From Candidatus Daviesbacteria bacterium (GTDB lineage: Bacteria > Patescibacteriota > Microgenomatia > Daviesbacterales > UBA10151), in assembly GCA_030648645.1 (NCBI GenBank), contig JAUSHL010000018.1:2225-66224 (forward strand): a DNA stretch of 64,000 nucleotides. The letters are read 5' to 3'. Positions 1 to 8,987 of this stretch are shown here, one piece after another. A program made the translations under genes and the position numbers. Every line of letters begins with the position of its first letter. Position 1 is the first letter of the stretch. The notes below the pieces were generated by a model. That model did not search any database and was not told the DNA's origin. It saw only the letters and a list, made by a program, of their open reading frames with translations.

Positions 1-47
1 GTTTTTATCAGGAATTTATACTAAATCAAGGAGGTGAAGAAAAATGA
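1..47 (+). CDS. 3' end of an upstream ORF, possibly the toxin partner of the following antitoxin
   Basis: Open frame ...FYQEFILNQGGEEK* whose TGA overlaps the ATG at 44 (ATGA coupling). Confidence 0.35.
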   Translation, partial: FYQEFILNQGGEEK

Positions 48-340
48 AAGTAACATATGTTAAAAAGGGTACAATGAAACCAAGTAAACCTTTTAAAAGT
101 CTAGAAGAGGAGGCTAATTTTTGGGATACACATTCTGTATTAGATGATATAAATGAAGAGACTGTAGTTGGTTTTCATCGGGCTAATAAAACAGATACCA
201 TTACTATCCGTTTCCAGCCTGAACACATACAGGTTTTAAAAGAACAGGCAAATCAGATGGGGATTGGCCCCACAACTTTAGCCAGAATGTGGATTATTGA
301 AAAATTAAATAAGAATATTGGACATACTTCTCTCAAATAA
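44..340 (+). CDS. CopG/BrnA-like antitoxin
   Basis: FKSLEEEANFWDTH motif plus C-terminal RHH-like TITIRF...LKEQANQMGIGPTTLARMWI. Confidence 0.75.
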   Translation: MKVTYVKKGTMKPSKPFKSLEEEANFWDTHSVLDDINEETVVGFHRANKTDTITIRFQPEHIQVLKEQANQMGIGPTTLARMWIIEKLNKNIGHTSLK

Positions 341-348
341 GTGAAAAT

Positions 349-377
349 TTGCTTTTTGAGTATAAAAATGATATTCT
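349..377 (+). promoter_or_regulatory. Sigma70-type promoter for the trp leader (probably leaderless)
   Basis: TTGCTT(349-354)-N17-TATTCT(372-377) with extended TG; ATG at 384. Confidence 0.6.
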
Positions 378-383
378 ATACAC

Positions 384-434
384 ATGGAAACATTAAAGAT
401 AATATCTAAATATTGGTACTACGCAAACAACTAA
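384..434 (+). CDS. Attenuator leader peptide METLKIISKYWYYANN
   Basis: 16-codon ORF with Tyr-Trp-Tyr-Tyr codons at 411-422, directly before alternative hairpins. Confidence 0.75.
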   Translation: METLKIISKYWYYANN

Positions 435-488
435 ACCTGTTGGCGTTTTTGTGCTTTTTTGCAAACCGCCAGCAGAGGCGGTTTTTTT
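421..488 (+). terminator. Attenuator with 1:2, 2:3 antiterminator and 3:4 terminator hairpins
   Basis: 1:2 = 421-429/438-446; 2:3 = CTGTTGGCG(437-445)/CGCCAGCAG(467-475); 3:4 = AAACCGCC(463-470)/GGCGGTTT(477-484) plus T-run to 488. Confidence 0.8.
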
Positions 489-497
489 GTGGTTTAT

Positions 498-568
498 GGG
501 AGTGTAGCTCAAGGGTAGAGTATCTGTCTCCAAAACAGATGATAAGGGTTCAAGTCCCTTCATTCCTA
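498..568 (+). tRNA. tRNA-Trp(CCA), atypical, 3' CCA not encoded
   Basis: Cloverleaf: acceptor GGGAGTG/CATTCCT, anticodon stem TCTGT/ACAGA with loop CTCCAAA, T-arm AAGGG-TTCAAGT-CCCTT. Confidence 0.9.
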
Positions 569-587
569 CTTATGAAAGGTAGTTTTT

Positions 588-653
588 ATGGAAAGATTAA
601 TAAGAACAACAGAAATATTAAATATGTCTAGAAAGGAGGTAGTTTGGCGCTAA
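588..653 (+). CDS. Possible small peptide MERLIRTTEILNMSRKEVVWR
   Basis: 21-codon ORF after SD-like GAAAGGTAG; the Trp codon lies in a hairpin at 645-673. Confidence 0.35.
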   Translation: MERLIRTTEILNMSRKEVVWR

Positions 654-681
654 AGTTAATTTTTTAGGCGTCACCATTCCC

Positions 682-2052
682 ATGCCAAAAATGAAATATT
701 TTGATTATGCAACTTTGATTGACCAAATAATTAGTAGAAATCATGAAAGAAAAATATTTACTGAATTTTTGGATTCAAGAATAGATGGAAAAACTATAGC
801 TGAACATCTTTATCATGATGCAAAAGATATGTCTTTGAAAGATCATAATCATCCTGATGTCAAAAAAGAAGAATTGGTTGAAGCGATAATAAAAAGATAT
901 AAAACTACTCAGGTGGAAGATGGTCGATCTGCTTATGAAGAAATGGTTTTTGATTTAATTGCAGAAGAAAATAATCAACGAGAACTTATCAATAAAATGA
1001 AAACAAAAAAAATCACACTGAATAATTTGCCTACAAATTTTCCTAGTATGAGGAAAAATGCAGAAACTATTTTTCGGGGAAAAGTTTTTTCTGATATAAC
1101 ACCAGAAGATTGCTCAAAATATAAAACAGAAAAATATTTTATTTCTATTTTAAGAGAATATGCCCGGGATCTGTTTTTTGTCTTAAATAATGAGGCTACA
1201 GAAAAAGCAGTCAATTTTTTAAGATTAATGTATTCTCTGAATCAAATTAAAACTTTTGAACCATCTACTCTCCCAAATTTGAGAAAAATTCTTTTAGAAC
1301 ACATGAAAAAAGAAGATTCACTGGAAATAATACATATTAAAAGTATTCGTTTTACCTATCCAAAAGGCACAAATTTAAAAGTATTGGAGGATACTGCACC
1401 AGTTGTGCAATCCGGTTTAAAAGATGAAATAAGAAAATATCCTAGTGAAGAAGTTATTTTTGAAAGGATGGGCTATCTTAGGAAGCTTCTTGAGACTTCA
1501 GGAATTAAAACAAAAGCAACTGTAATTGTTTCAGATCATGATTTGGATTATTGTTTTCCAGAGACACAAAATATTGTTCCAAATGGGGATGTAGAAAGAG
1601 GAAAATTGGCTGCTAAAAATTATGTAGAAAACTTAAGAAAGTTGCACCCAGAGATAGAAAATATAAGATCATTAACTGAATTTTTAAAGGAGAAAAAAAT
1701 AGTTGATAAATTTGAAACAATGTTTAAGTCTTTGGTAAGAGAAGGAGAACAAGGAGGGGGTAGATTTATTAGTGAGAAGATTTTAGAAATGAGAGTTAAT
1801 GAACAATTCGAACATTACAATCAGATGTTTGACTCTTATTCAAGAAAATTAGCAAGACAAACTGCAATTTCCCAAATTTCTAATCTTTTATCGTTATCTG
1901 TAATTTTTGAATCTTTCCCATCTATTCCTTTACTTACTATTGACAGCCGTGGTTTTGAAGATAATTTAATTGGTGGTTGTAATCCTAATTCTGTAGTGAA
2001 ATTTTTTACCAAATTAAAAGATTCAACAGAAACAAAAAGGAATAATGTATAA
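682..2052 (+). CDS. Uncharacterised 456-aa protein, possible HUP/Rossmann (CDPS- or aaRS-like) C-terminal domain
   Basis: Long ORF overlapping the trpS start; alternating beta/alpha pattern with KATVIVSDHD strand (fold is inferred). Confidence 0.55.
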   Translation: MPKMKYFDYATLIDQIISRNHERKIFTEFLDSRIDGKTIAEHLYHDAKDMSLKDHNHPDVKKEELVEAIIKRYKTTQVEDGRSAYEEMVFDLIAEENNQRELINKMKTKKITLNNLPTNFPSMRKNAETIFRGKVFSDITPEDCSKYKTEKYFISILREYARDLFFVLNNEATEKAVNFLRLMYSLNQIKTFEPSTLPNLRKILLEHMKKEDSLEIIHIKSIRFTYPKGTNLKVLEDTAPVVQSGLKDEIRKYPSEEVIFERMGYLRKLLETSGIKTKATVIVSDHDLDYCFPETQNIVPNGDVERGKLAAKNYVENLRKLHPEIENIRSLTEFLKEKKIVDKFETMFKSLVREGEQGGGRFISEKILEMRVNEQFEHYNQMFDSYSRKLARQTAISQISNLLSLSVIFESFPSIPLLTIDSRGFEDNLIGGCNPNSVVKFFTKLKDSTETKRNNV

Positions 2053-3085
2053 TCAAAGATATATGATGAAAAAACGGATTCTCACTGGAGATAGACCAAC
2101 ATTAGATAGTTTTCATTTAGGAAACTATGTTGGCTCTCTTAAAAATAGAGTAAAGCTACAAGATGAATATGAAACATTTATTTTTATTGCAGATTTGCAT
2201 TCTTTAACCACTCATTTTGACAAAACTGCAGACTTAGAAAAAAATATCAGAGGTTTAATGTTGGGTTATTTATCTGTGGGGCTTGATCCTAAAAAGGTAA
2301 CTTTTTTTCTGCAATCAAAAATACCAGAAATAGTGGAAATTGCTTATTATCTCAGTGTTTTAACATCACGTTCTGTGATCGCCAGACAGCCAGCTTTAAA
2401 AGAAAAACTTGATTCAGGCGCACAAGATACTGTGGGTTTATTTTATTACCCAATTTTAATGGCAGCAGATATTTTGACTCCTAAAGCCAATCTAGTTCCA
2501 GTGGGGAAAGATCAAAAATCTCATGTGGAATTTTCTAGAGATATTGCTATTAAATTTAATAATTTATATGGAGAAGTATTTCCAATACCGGAGCCTTTGA
2601 TTGGAGATGTGCCAACTTTAATTGGCACTGATGGAAAAGCTAAGATGAGTAAGTCTTTAAATAATGCTATTTATTTATCAGATTCTGCTGATGTTGTAGA
2701 AAAAAAGGTCATGGGAATGTATACAGATCCAACCAGAATTAGAGCAACAGACCCGGGACACATAGAAAATAATCCAGTGTTTATTTATCTGGATGCATTC
2801 GGTTCGACAAGCTCACCGCAAGTGGAACAAGAAGTAAACGATCTTAAAAAGCGTTATACTGTGGGCCAAGTTGGTGATATTGAGGTCAAAAAGTACCTAG
2901 TCCAAATCTTGAATAATTTCTTAGATCCAATCAGAAAAAAACGGGCTGAATATGAAAAAAACCCAGAATTGGTGGAACAAATTTTGAAAGAGGGAACTGA
3001 AAAAGCAAGGAAAGAGGCCCAAAAAACTTTGGATGAAGTAAAAAGGGCAATGAAACTTGATTATTTTACGAGTGATAGCGAGTAA
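2045..3085 (+). CDS. trpS: Tryptophan--tRNA ligase
   Basis: ILTGDRPT..HLGNYVGSL (HIGH-like), YPILMAADIL, VPVGKDQ, KMSKS. Confidence 0.97.
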   Translation: MYNQRYMMKKRILTGDRPTLDSFHLGNYVGSLKNRVKLQDEYETFIFIADLHSLTTHFDKTADLEKNIRGLMLGYLSVGLDPKKVTFFLQSKIPEIVEIAYYLSVLTSRSVIARQPALKEKLDSGAQDTVGLFYYPILMAADILTPKANLVPVGKDQKSHVEFSRDIAIKFNNLYGEVFPIPEPLIGDVPTLIGTDGKAKMSKSLNNAIYLSDSADVVEKKVMGMYTDPTRIRATDPGHIENNPVFIYLDAFGSTSSPQVEQEVNDLKKRYTVGQVGDIEVKKYLVQILNNFLDPIRKKRAEYEKNPELVEQILKEGTEKARKEAQKTLDEVKRAMKLDYFTSDSE

Positions 3086-3116
3086 ATCAAGCTTTGCTTA
3101 TTTCAAATAATATGTA

Positions 3117-3203
3117 TCATGTCTTCCCACACTTGAAGACCGTCAGGTCGCAAGCTTTGCTTATGCGGGATCTATATAGATTCCGGGTCAAGCCCGGAAT
3201 GAC
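3117..3203. repeat. REP-like palindrome pair with nested 27-bp mini-element
   Basis: GTCTTCCCACACTTGA[AGACCGTCAGGTCGCAAGCTTTGCTTA]TGCGGGATCT...GATTCCGGGTCAAGCCCGGAATGAC. Confidence 0.8.
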
Positions 3204-3248
3204 ACAGGTGTTATAGTGTTTAAAGATAATCTGTGTTAAAATCTGCAG

Positions 3249-5135
3249 GTGGCTACAGATCCCAAAAAATCTAATTATAAAAAATTAATTCCTTCCTTAC
3301 CTTTCAGTAGTAAAAAAGGCAAGAATAAAAATAGTGTCATGGGGATTTTAAAAGGAATGGCCATTTATATTTTAGTTGGATTTGTAGCCTTAATTTTTTT
3401 TGTTAACCTTTCAGAAAGTAAAAATGCCGGTGATGAAATCTCCATTTCTCAGGTAGTTTATAATATTAAAGCTCAAAAAGTCGAAAAAATTTCTCTGATA
3501 GATAATAAAATTGAAGTTAAATTCAAAGATTCTGATAAACTTGCGGTTTCCCGGAAAGAAGCCGGACAATCTATCTATGAAATCTTCAAAAATTCCGGTA
3601 TTGATCCGTCGACTGTTAACATTGAAATAAAAGATACCTCCTTTTCTGATGCTTGGTTAGGAATTTTGGGCACAGTTTTACCAATTCTTTTAATGGTCGG
3701 ATTTTTCTTCTTCATTTTCCGTCAAGCCAAAGATGCCGGACAGGGTATGTTTTCTTTTGGGCAATCCCGGGCGAAAGTTTTTTCCAAAGATGCTCCGCAA
3801 ATAAAATTTACTGATGTGGCAGGAGTAGAAGAAGCAAAAAAAGAATTAGAAGAGATTGTAGATTTTTTAAAAAATCCGGCAAAATATAAAGAAATTGGAG
3901 CCAGAACTCCCAAAGGAGTGTTGTTAGTAGGTCCTCCGGGAACCGGTAAAACTTTAATGGCAAGGGCAGTGGCAGGGGAAGCAGGAGTGCCATTTTTTTC
4001 TATTGCCGGTTCTGAGTTTATGGAAATGTTGGTGGGAGTGGGTGCAGCCCGGGTGCGGGATATGTTTTTGCAGGCAAAAAAAGCTTCTCCGGCAATTATT
4101 TTCATTGATGAGGTGGAATCAATTGGTAGAATGCGAGGTTTTGGTATGAGTGGAGGACATGATGAACGGGAACAAACCTTAAATCAGATTTTGGTAGAAA
4201 TGGATGGTTTTACTCCCAATGATTTGGTGATTGTTATGGCTGCTACCAACAGACCTGATTTATTGGATCCGGCACTGGTCAGACCGGGTCGATTTGACCG
4301 CCGAGTGGTTTTGAATTTACCGGATTTGGTAGAGAGAGAAGCAATTATTAGATTGCATATGAAGGGCAAACCTTTTGCCGAAAGTGCAGATATGCACAGA
4401 CTTGCCAGACGAACGGTTGGTTTCTCCGGTGCTGATTTGGCCAATATGTTAAATGAAGCAGCAATACTGGCTGCCCGTGAGGCTAAAAAAGTGATTGATA
4501 ATATTGATTTGGAAGAGGCTGCGACCAAAGTAAAACTTGGACCGCAAAGAAAGAGAATGCAGACAGAAACTGACCGCAAACTATCTGCTTATCATGAAGC
4601 AGGACATGCCATTGCCGGACATTTTCAGCCTCAGGTTGATCCGGTCCACCGGATTTCCATTGTTGCCCGGGGTATGAGTGGGGGGCATACCATGTTTCCA
4701 CCAACGGAGGATCGGTCAAATGAGCGAAAATCCCGGCTTTTGGAACAAATTGCCACAGCACTGGGGGGAAGAGCAGCCGAGGAGTTGATTTTCAAAGATA
4801 TTTCGACAGGTGCTTCCTCTGATTTGGAAATGGCCACAGAAATTGCCCGTGAAATGGTCACAGAATATGGCATGTCGGATTTAGGACCGGTTAATATTAA
4901 AGCTCATTCTCAGTTTGGAATTTGGCCGGGGGCAGGGGAAGGAAATCAAATTTCTGAAACAATGCAGACTAAAATTGATGCTGAAATTAAAAAGATTTTA
5001 GATTCTTCCTATAAAAAAGCTCAGATAATCTTAAAAGCTCAAAAATTAAAATTGGATAAAGTAGCCAAAGCCCTCCTTGAAAAAGAAACTTTAGATACTG
5101 ATGAATTTGAAAAAATTGTGGGGAAAAAGAAATAA
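3249..5135 (+). CDS. ftsH: ATP-dependent zinc metalloprotease FtsH
   Basis: Two TM helices, [29 protein letters not shown]. Confidence 0.98.
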   Translation: MATDPKKSNYKKLIPSLPFSSKKGKNKNSVMGILKGMAIYILVGFVALIFFVNLSESKNAGDEISISQVVYNIKAQKVEKISLIDNKIEVKFKDSDKLAVSRKEAGQSIYEIFKNSGIDPSTVNIEIKDTSFSDAWLGILGTVLPILLMVGFFFFIFRQAKDAGQGMFSFGQSRAKVFSKDAPQIKFTDVAGVEEAKKELEEIVDFLKNPAKYKEIGARTPKGVLLVGPPGTGKTLMARAVAGEAGVPFFSIAGSEFMEMLVGVGAARVRDMFLQAKKASPAIIFIDEVESIGRMRGFGMSGGHDEREQTLNQILVEMDGFTPNDLVIVMAATNRPDLLDPALVRPGRFDRRVVLNLPDLVEREAIIRLHMKGKPFAESADMHRLARRTVGFSGADLANMLNEAAILAAREAKKVIDNIDLEEAATKVKLGPQRKRMQTETDRKLSAYHEAGHAIAGHFQPQVDPVHRISIVARGMSGGHTMFPPTEDRSNERKSRLLEQIATALGGRAAEELIFKDISTGASSDLEMATEIAREMVTEYGMSDLGPVNIKAHSQFGIWPGAGEGNQISETMQTKIDAEIKKILDSSYKKAQIILKAQKLKLDKVAKALLEKETLDTDEFEKIVGKKK

Positions 5136-5144
5136 ATTAATTCT

Positions 5145-5552
5145 ATGATTGAAGATTTGGACCCTACATTTCGCAGTAAATACCATAAATCTCGAGAAAT
5201 AATACCTTTTAGGCCCGATTATCAAGCATTCGCAAAAGAGGCTAATGAAAAATTCGGTCAAGATTTACCGGATGATACTAAACTTGAGGATATTTATCAA
5301 TTAAAAGGTGTCGTTTTAGATTATGTAATAGGATTATTAAATAACAGAGAGGGAAGACATAGCAGATTTGCTCTCAAATCTTTTGTTGGAATCGCTAATA
5401 GAGTAGGGATCCAAACTGTGGGAGAGGTGAGAAAAATGGAAGAAAAGGAGTTAAGAAATTTAATATTAGAAAAATTAGGCAACCATTCTCAGTACAAATT
5501 AGCACCTATTTATCTAAAAAATCTATTTCATACAGATTTTCCCCAAGATTAG
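5145..5552 (+). CDS. Hypothetical protein with RNAP alpha-CTD-like segment
   Basis: ANRVGIQTVGEVRKMEEKELRNL resembles the alpha-CTD helix-hairpin-helix. Confidence 0.45.
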   Translation: MIEDLDPTFRSKYHKSREIIPFRPDYQAFAKEANEKFGQDLPDDTKLEDIYQLKGVVLDYVIGLLNNREGRHSRFALKSFVGIANRVGIQTVGEVRKMEEKELRNLILEKLGNHSQYKLAPIYLKNLFHTDFPQD

Positions 5553-5589
5553 TTATTTTAATTAAATGAAGTGATAAATATATCTATAG

Positions 5590-5627
5590 TTAACACAACT
5601 TGTCGCTATGGCGCGATTTTGTGTTAA
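5590..5627. repeat. Palindrome family A, copy 1 (downstream of PaaX-like gene 1)
   Basis: TTAACACAACTTGTCGCTATGGCGCGATTTTGTGTTAA. Confidence 0.9.
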
Positions 5628-5700
5628 ATGTCTTCAAACTTTTACATATTTATTTGGTTTCCGCGTTTGATTTAGCAGTTACAGTGTGGAGATATTAACA

Positions 5701-6321
5701 TTATAGCCCAAAGTATTTTTTATAAACTCCCTCATTTTCGACTTTTTGAGCAATAACATATAAAACTTCTTCTCCTAATCCATAATATTGTCTTAAGAAT
5801 TCAATTTGTTCATCACAAGGATAAGGAGTCAGATAAACAGATTTTTGGAGCTTTAAAAACTGCATTTTTTGCAGGAACCTTCTAAAAATATCACCCAAAA
5901 TTTTTCTTTCTTTTCTAATATCATAAATAATTATTCTCCATTTTCCATCCCATTTGGGAGGTTTATTAATCATGATTTCTTCTAACTGGTAGCTTAAAAC
6001 CTTTTTTCTACCTTTGTCCGTTAAGGTAATAACTGTTTGCCCATTAGTATCTTTAAAATCAACTACTTTTTGCTGGTAAAGCCTTTTTAATAAAAATTTT
6101 AATCTTGGCTGATTAAATTTTTCCCATTCCTTAAATTCTTTTTCTTTATTTTTCTTTTTATAATAATCAACCACTGGTTTGACAGCCATGGGTAGAGCAG
6201 GGACTAATAAACTGCCGGCAACCAAGCCTGTAACTCCCAATATTAAAAGGACTTCTTTAACAGTAGGATTTAATAAAACAAGCTTGTTGCTTCGCAATAA
6301 AATATTTTTATCATTTTGCAT
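5701..6321 (-). CDS. PaaX-like protein (wHTH + Cas2-like domain), paralog 1
   Basis: ITLTDKGR wing; WDGKWRIIIYDI...FLKLQKSVYLTPYPC. Confidence 0.85.
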   Translation of the reverse strand: MQNDKNILLRSNKLVLLNPTVKEVLLILGVTGLVAGSLLVPALPMAVKPVVDYYKKKNKEKEFKEWEKFNQPRLKFLLKRLYQQKVVDFKDTNGQTVITLTDKGRKKVLSYQLEEIMINKPPKWDGKWRIIIYDIRKERKILGDIFRRFLQKMQFLKLQKSVYLTPYPCDEQIEFLRQYYGLGEEVLYVIAQKVENEGVYKKYFGL

Positions 6322-6342
6322 ATGTCATGATATATTATAAAT

Positions 6343-6380
6343 ATAACACAATTTGTCGCCATGGCGCGATATTGTGTTAA
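6343..6380. repeat. Palindrome family A, copy 2 (over the promoter of PaaX-like gene 1)
   Basis: ATAACACAATTTGTCGCCATGGCGCGATATTGTGTTAA, 34/38 identical to copy 1, same orientation. Confidence 0.9.
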
Positions 6381-6498
6381 GAGTTTGAAAAACTAGTTAG
6401 TAAAAAGAAAAATTAATGTACCCTTGTGGTTTTGTTATAATATCACCAATGACACAAGAGTCATTGCAATGAAACCCATAGTTTGATAGAATATCTTC

Positions 6499-7515
6499 AT
6501 GACAAATCCAGAATCTGAATCTTTGGAAGAGTTGACAGCCTTATCTCTCTTAGCTTCTGAAACAGAGGAACATCAAGGAAGTATTATTGGTCTTAGAATT
6601 GGTCCATATAATGCGGCACTCTATAGACGAAGACAAGCATTGGGATTAACCAAAAAACAATTGGCTGCAAAAGTGGGATTCAAGACAGGAGCTTCTATCG
6701 GACAGATTGAAACACTGAGAGCCTTTCCTAGCCCAGAAATTGCTAAAAGTATTGCTGATGCTTTAAGTATTACACCCAAAGAATTATTTCCGGAATGGCT
6801 AAAATTATTTACCAGAGACAAAAAGCAACCTGCTCAAATTAGGATGGAATTAACTGAGTCAGAAGTAGATCCTATATTGATGAGGAGAGCATATGAGATA
6901 GAAACAATTTTTACAGCTGTGGATCCGCAAAATGAGGCAGAGAGTCAAGAATTAAGGGAAAAATTATATGATGTATTGGGGGGTATGACCCAAAGAGAAA
7001 GACGAGTTATAATTTCAAGATTTGGGCTGGAAGGGAAAGCTCTAACTTTAGAGGAAGTAGCAGCAGAATTTCGTCTTGGCCGTGAGCGAATCAGAACAAT
7101 CGAGGCTAAAACTTTAAGAAAATTAAGACATTCCTTCAGGAAAAAGAAATTGGAAGGTCTTGAGGATCAACAACCGGGTGATTTAAGAAGCCCACAGGCA
7201 TTAATCAATGGAGCTGTTAATGCTCTACATCAAGGAGATCGGGAAAGAGCTATAAAAAATTTAGATGAAGTACTAGAGAACTATTTGTTTGATTTTATGA
7301 TTCCAACTGGAGTCATAGACCAGCTTAAGGCATTGTTAAAAGAACCTGGCTTTTATAGGTGGACTGACAGACAAATGAATACTTTTATAGGGTGTCTTGA
7401 GGTTGATCCAGCCTTGGAAAGTTTATATCCTGAATTAGAAAAGCGGGTCTTTGAAGAAATCATACCAAATTTATGTGAAGTTGAGAAATTAAAGATTAAA
7501 GCCCACAAACATTAA
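6499..7515 (+). CDS. XRE-HTH + sigma70 region-4 fusion protein
   Basis: RRQALGLTKKQLAAKVG (Cro/CI HTH); RERRVIISRFGLEG..TLEEVAAEFRLGRERIRTIEAKTLRKLRH (sigma4). Confidence 0.8.
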   Translation: MTNPESESLEELTALSLLASETEEHQGSIIGLRIGPYNAALYRRRQALGLTKKQLAAKVGFKTGASIGQIETLRAFPSPEIAKSIADALSITPKELFPEWLKLFTRDKKQPAQIRMELTESEVDPILMRRAYEIETIFTAVDPQNEAESQELREKLYDVLGGMTQRERRVIISRFGLEGKALTLEEVAAEFRLGRERIRTIEAKTLRKLRHSFRKKKLEGLEDQQPGDLRSPQALINGAVNALHQGDRERAIKNLDEVLENYLFDFMIPTGVIDQLKALLKEPGFYRWTDRQMNTFIGCLEVDPALESLYPELEKRVFEEIIPNLCEVEKLKIKAHKH

Positions 7516-7520
7516 TTATT

Positions 7521-7836
7521 ATGAAAGAAAAGGAACCAAGACCAACAGAACCAATAGAAAACAGATCATCATTAACCAGAGCTAAGGGATATGCCCATAG
7601 GTTAAGAGAAGAATTTGGCTGTATATTGGAGGCTGTTAAAGAAAGAATTGTATTGGGTTGTGGCGGAATACTTATAGGGGGTGCTTATCTGGTTTGGGTG
7701 GATATATAATTTATGATGGACTTAAATATCAATCTTCACTGGTGAAAGGTCTTGCAGTAGTTATAGGTGGAACAATAATTGTAGCAGGTCTTGGCAGTAT
7801 ACTTTTAAGTCTTGATTCTGAAAAATCTTCTTATTA
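7521..7836 (+). pseudogene. Small membrane protein, apparently frameshifted
   Basis: ORF stops at 7709 after one TM helix; a second TM helix (VKGLAVVIGGTIIVAGLGSILL) continues in another frame. Confidence 0.4.
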
Positions 7837-8619
7837 ATAGATTCCTAATAGTTGATACTCACTTTGGTATTCACTGGTTATTCTCTCGAGTAGCTGAATT
7901 ATATAATGACTAAATTCTTTACTATTAAAAGGTAGATAGGGGAGGTGTCCTCTTCTCTCATTAAATGTTGCGGGAAGTGCGTAGATAATTTCCCAATAAT
8001 CGGGGTTAGTAAGGGTAATAGGTAAACGGGGAATATCAGGACGTATATAGTTAAGTAATTCTCTCAATTTTTGGCCGTATCCAGGAGTGTTATTGATACA
8101 GTCTACTTCATACATCCCTAAATCTTTAGCGATAGATATTGGTTGTTGGTATTGTTCTAATTGGGCTTGTTTTTGAGCACTTCCTGCAGTATTAGTTTGA
8201 ACTGTGTACTCGCAAACACCTTTAAATTGCAGGTATCTTTTACCACGCTGGAAAATTAGTCCGTCAGGAACTGTAATGCCAGGAATCTTCGTCTGAAGAT
8301 TGTATAATAAACAGGTATGAGCTTTTGCATAGAACTCTTGGTAAATCCAATCAGTTTCGGATGGGGTTAATATAAAAAGGTTATTTGATTGTAGTTGTGA
8401 CTGAACATAAAGTCCGGCTATCCCTTCAAAATATTTGCCTGCTATCATGGGTTTAATGTTCCGTAGATCAATACCAGCGAGAGCGACTTCTTTTAGTGCT
8501 CTGGTCAATTGGCTTGCTTCTTTAGATTGGTGAAAATTCCCCAACAAAATTTGAGTCGGTTCATCAAAACCTTCCAAAGACGGATAAAAATTTTCTATTT
8601 CAACTTTTGTAGTCACCAC
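7834..8619 (-). CDS. Hypothetical protein (possible PD-(D/E)XK-like fold)
   Basis: 261-aa ORF; PDGLIF...GVCEYT. Confidence 0.5.
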   Translation of the reverse strand: MVTTKVEIENFYPSLEGFDEPTQILLGNFHQSKEASQLTRALKEVALAGIDLRNIKPMIAGKYFEGIAGLYVQSQLQSNNLFILTPSETDWIYQEFYAKAHTCLLYNLQTKIPGITVPDGLIFQRGKRYLQFKGVCEYTVQTNTAGSAQKQAQLEQYQQPISIAKDLGMYEVDCINNTPGYGQKLRELLNYIRPDIPRLPITLTNPDYWEIIYALPATFNERRGHLPYLPFNSKEFSHYIIQLLERITSEYQSEYQLLGIY

Positions 8620-8691
8620 AAGATTATACTACAGGATATAAATATTTTCAAATTATTAGCCACCAGCCCCAATTTCTGCTAAAATTCAAGC

Positions 8692-8733
8692 ATGAAGAAA
8701 TTAATTTTAGTTGACGGAATCTATCTTTTTTAA
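8692..8733 (+). pseudogene. Duplicate 5' stub of polA with its promoter
   Basis: TGCTAAAAT then MKKLILVDG, versus polA TGCTACAAT then MEKIVLVDG. Confidence 0.7.
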
Positions 8734-8735
8734 CA

Positions 8736-8987
8736 TTATTTTTTTATTTTAATGCTGTGGGCAAAAGAAACCGGTTGTGTTTTAGTTTTAAATCCTAATT
8801 TTGGCCCCAGAATTTTAGTGGCATCAAGAATTTCAATTCCTAAAAGTTCTCCATTTTTCCCTAATTCCACACTAACTCCGGGAGATAGTTCTTTATGAGT
8901 TTCCTCTGGTCCACTTTTGATGAGGAACCACAAAACATCAGTTTTTTTATCATAGTAGATTTTTTGATCAGTTTTTTTCATATGCAA
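8736..8987 (-). CDS. DUF2283-like putative antitoxin
   Basis: IYYDKKTDVLWF...GELLGIEILDA. Confidence 0.8.
   Translation of the reverse strand: MHMKKTDQKIYYDKKTDVLWFLIKSGPEETHKELSPGVSVELGKNGELLGIEILDATKILGPKLGFKTKTQPVSFAHSIKIKK

Noticed and set aside
498-568. Recoding/suppressor tRNA or alternative genetic code
   Set aside because: The anticodon is CCA, and TGA terminates conserved genes such as mutM and recF
413-631. 72-aa ORF in the track
   Set aside because: It overlaps the attenuator and tRNA-Trp; shadow ORF
3722-4873. Antisense ORFs in ftsH and similar ones in polA, lig, RNR and GT genes
   Set aside because: No motifs; explained as shadows of well-supported genes
5533-5555. Possible further ligase-tail relic (CAGATTTTCCCCAAGATTAGTTA)
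   Set aside because: Too short and gapped to distinguish from chance
5590-5629. dif/Xer site (TTGTGTTAAAT resembles the XerD arm)
   Set aside because: The arms are about 20 bp apart rather than 6, and there is no XerC-type arm
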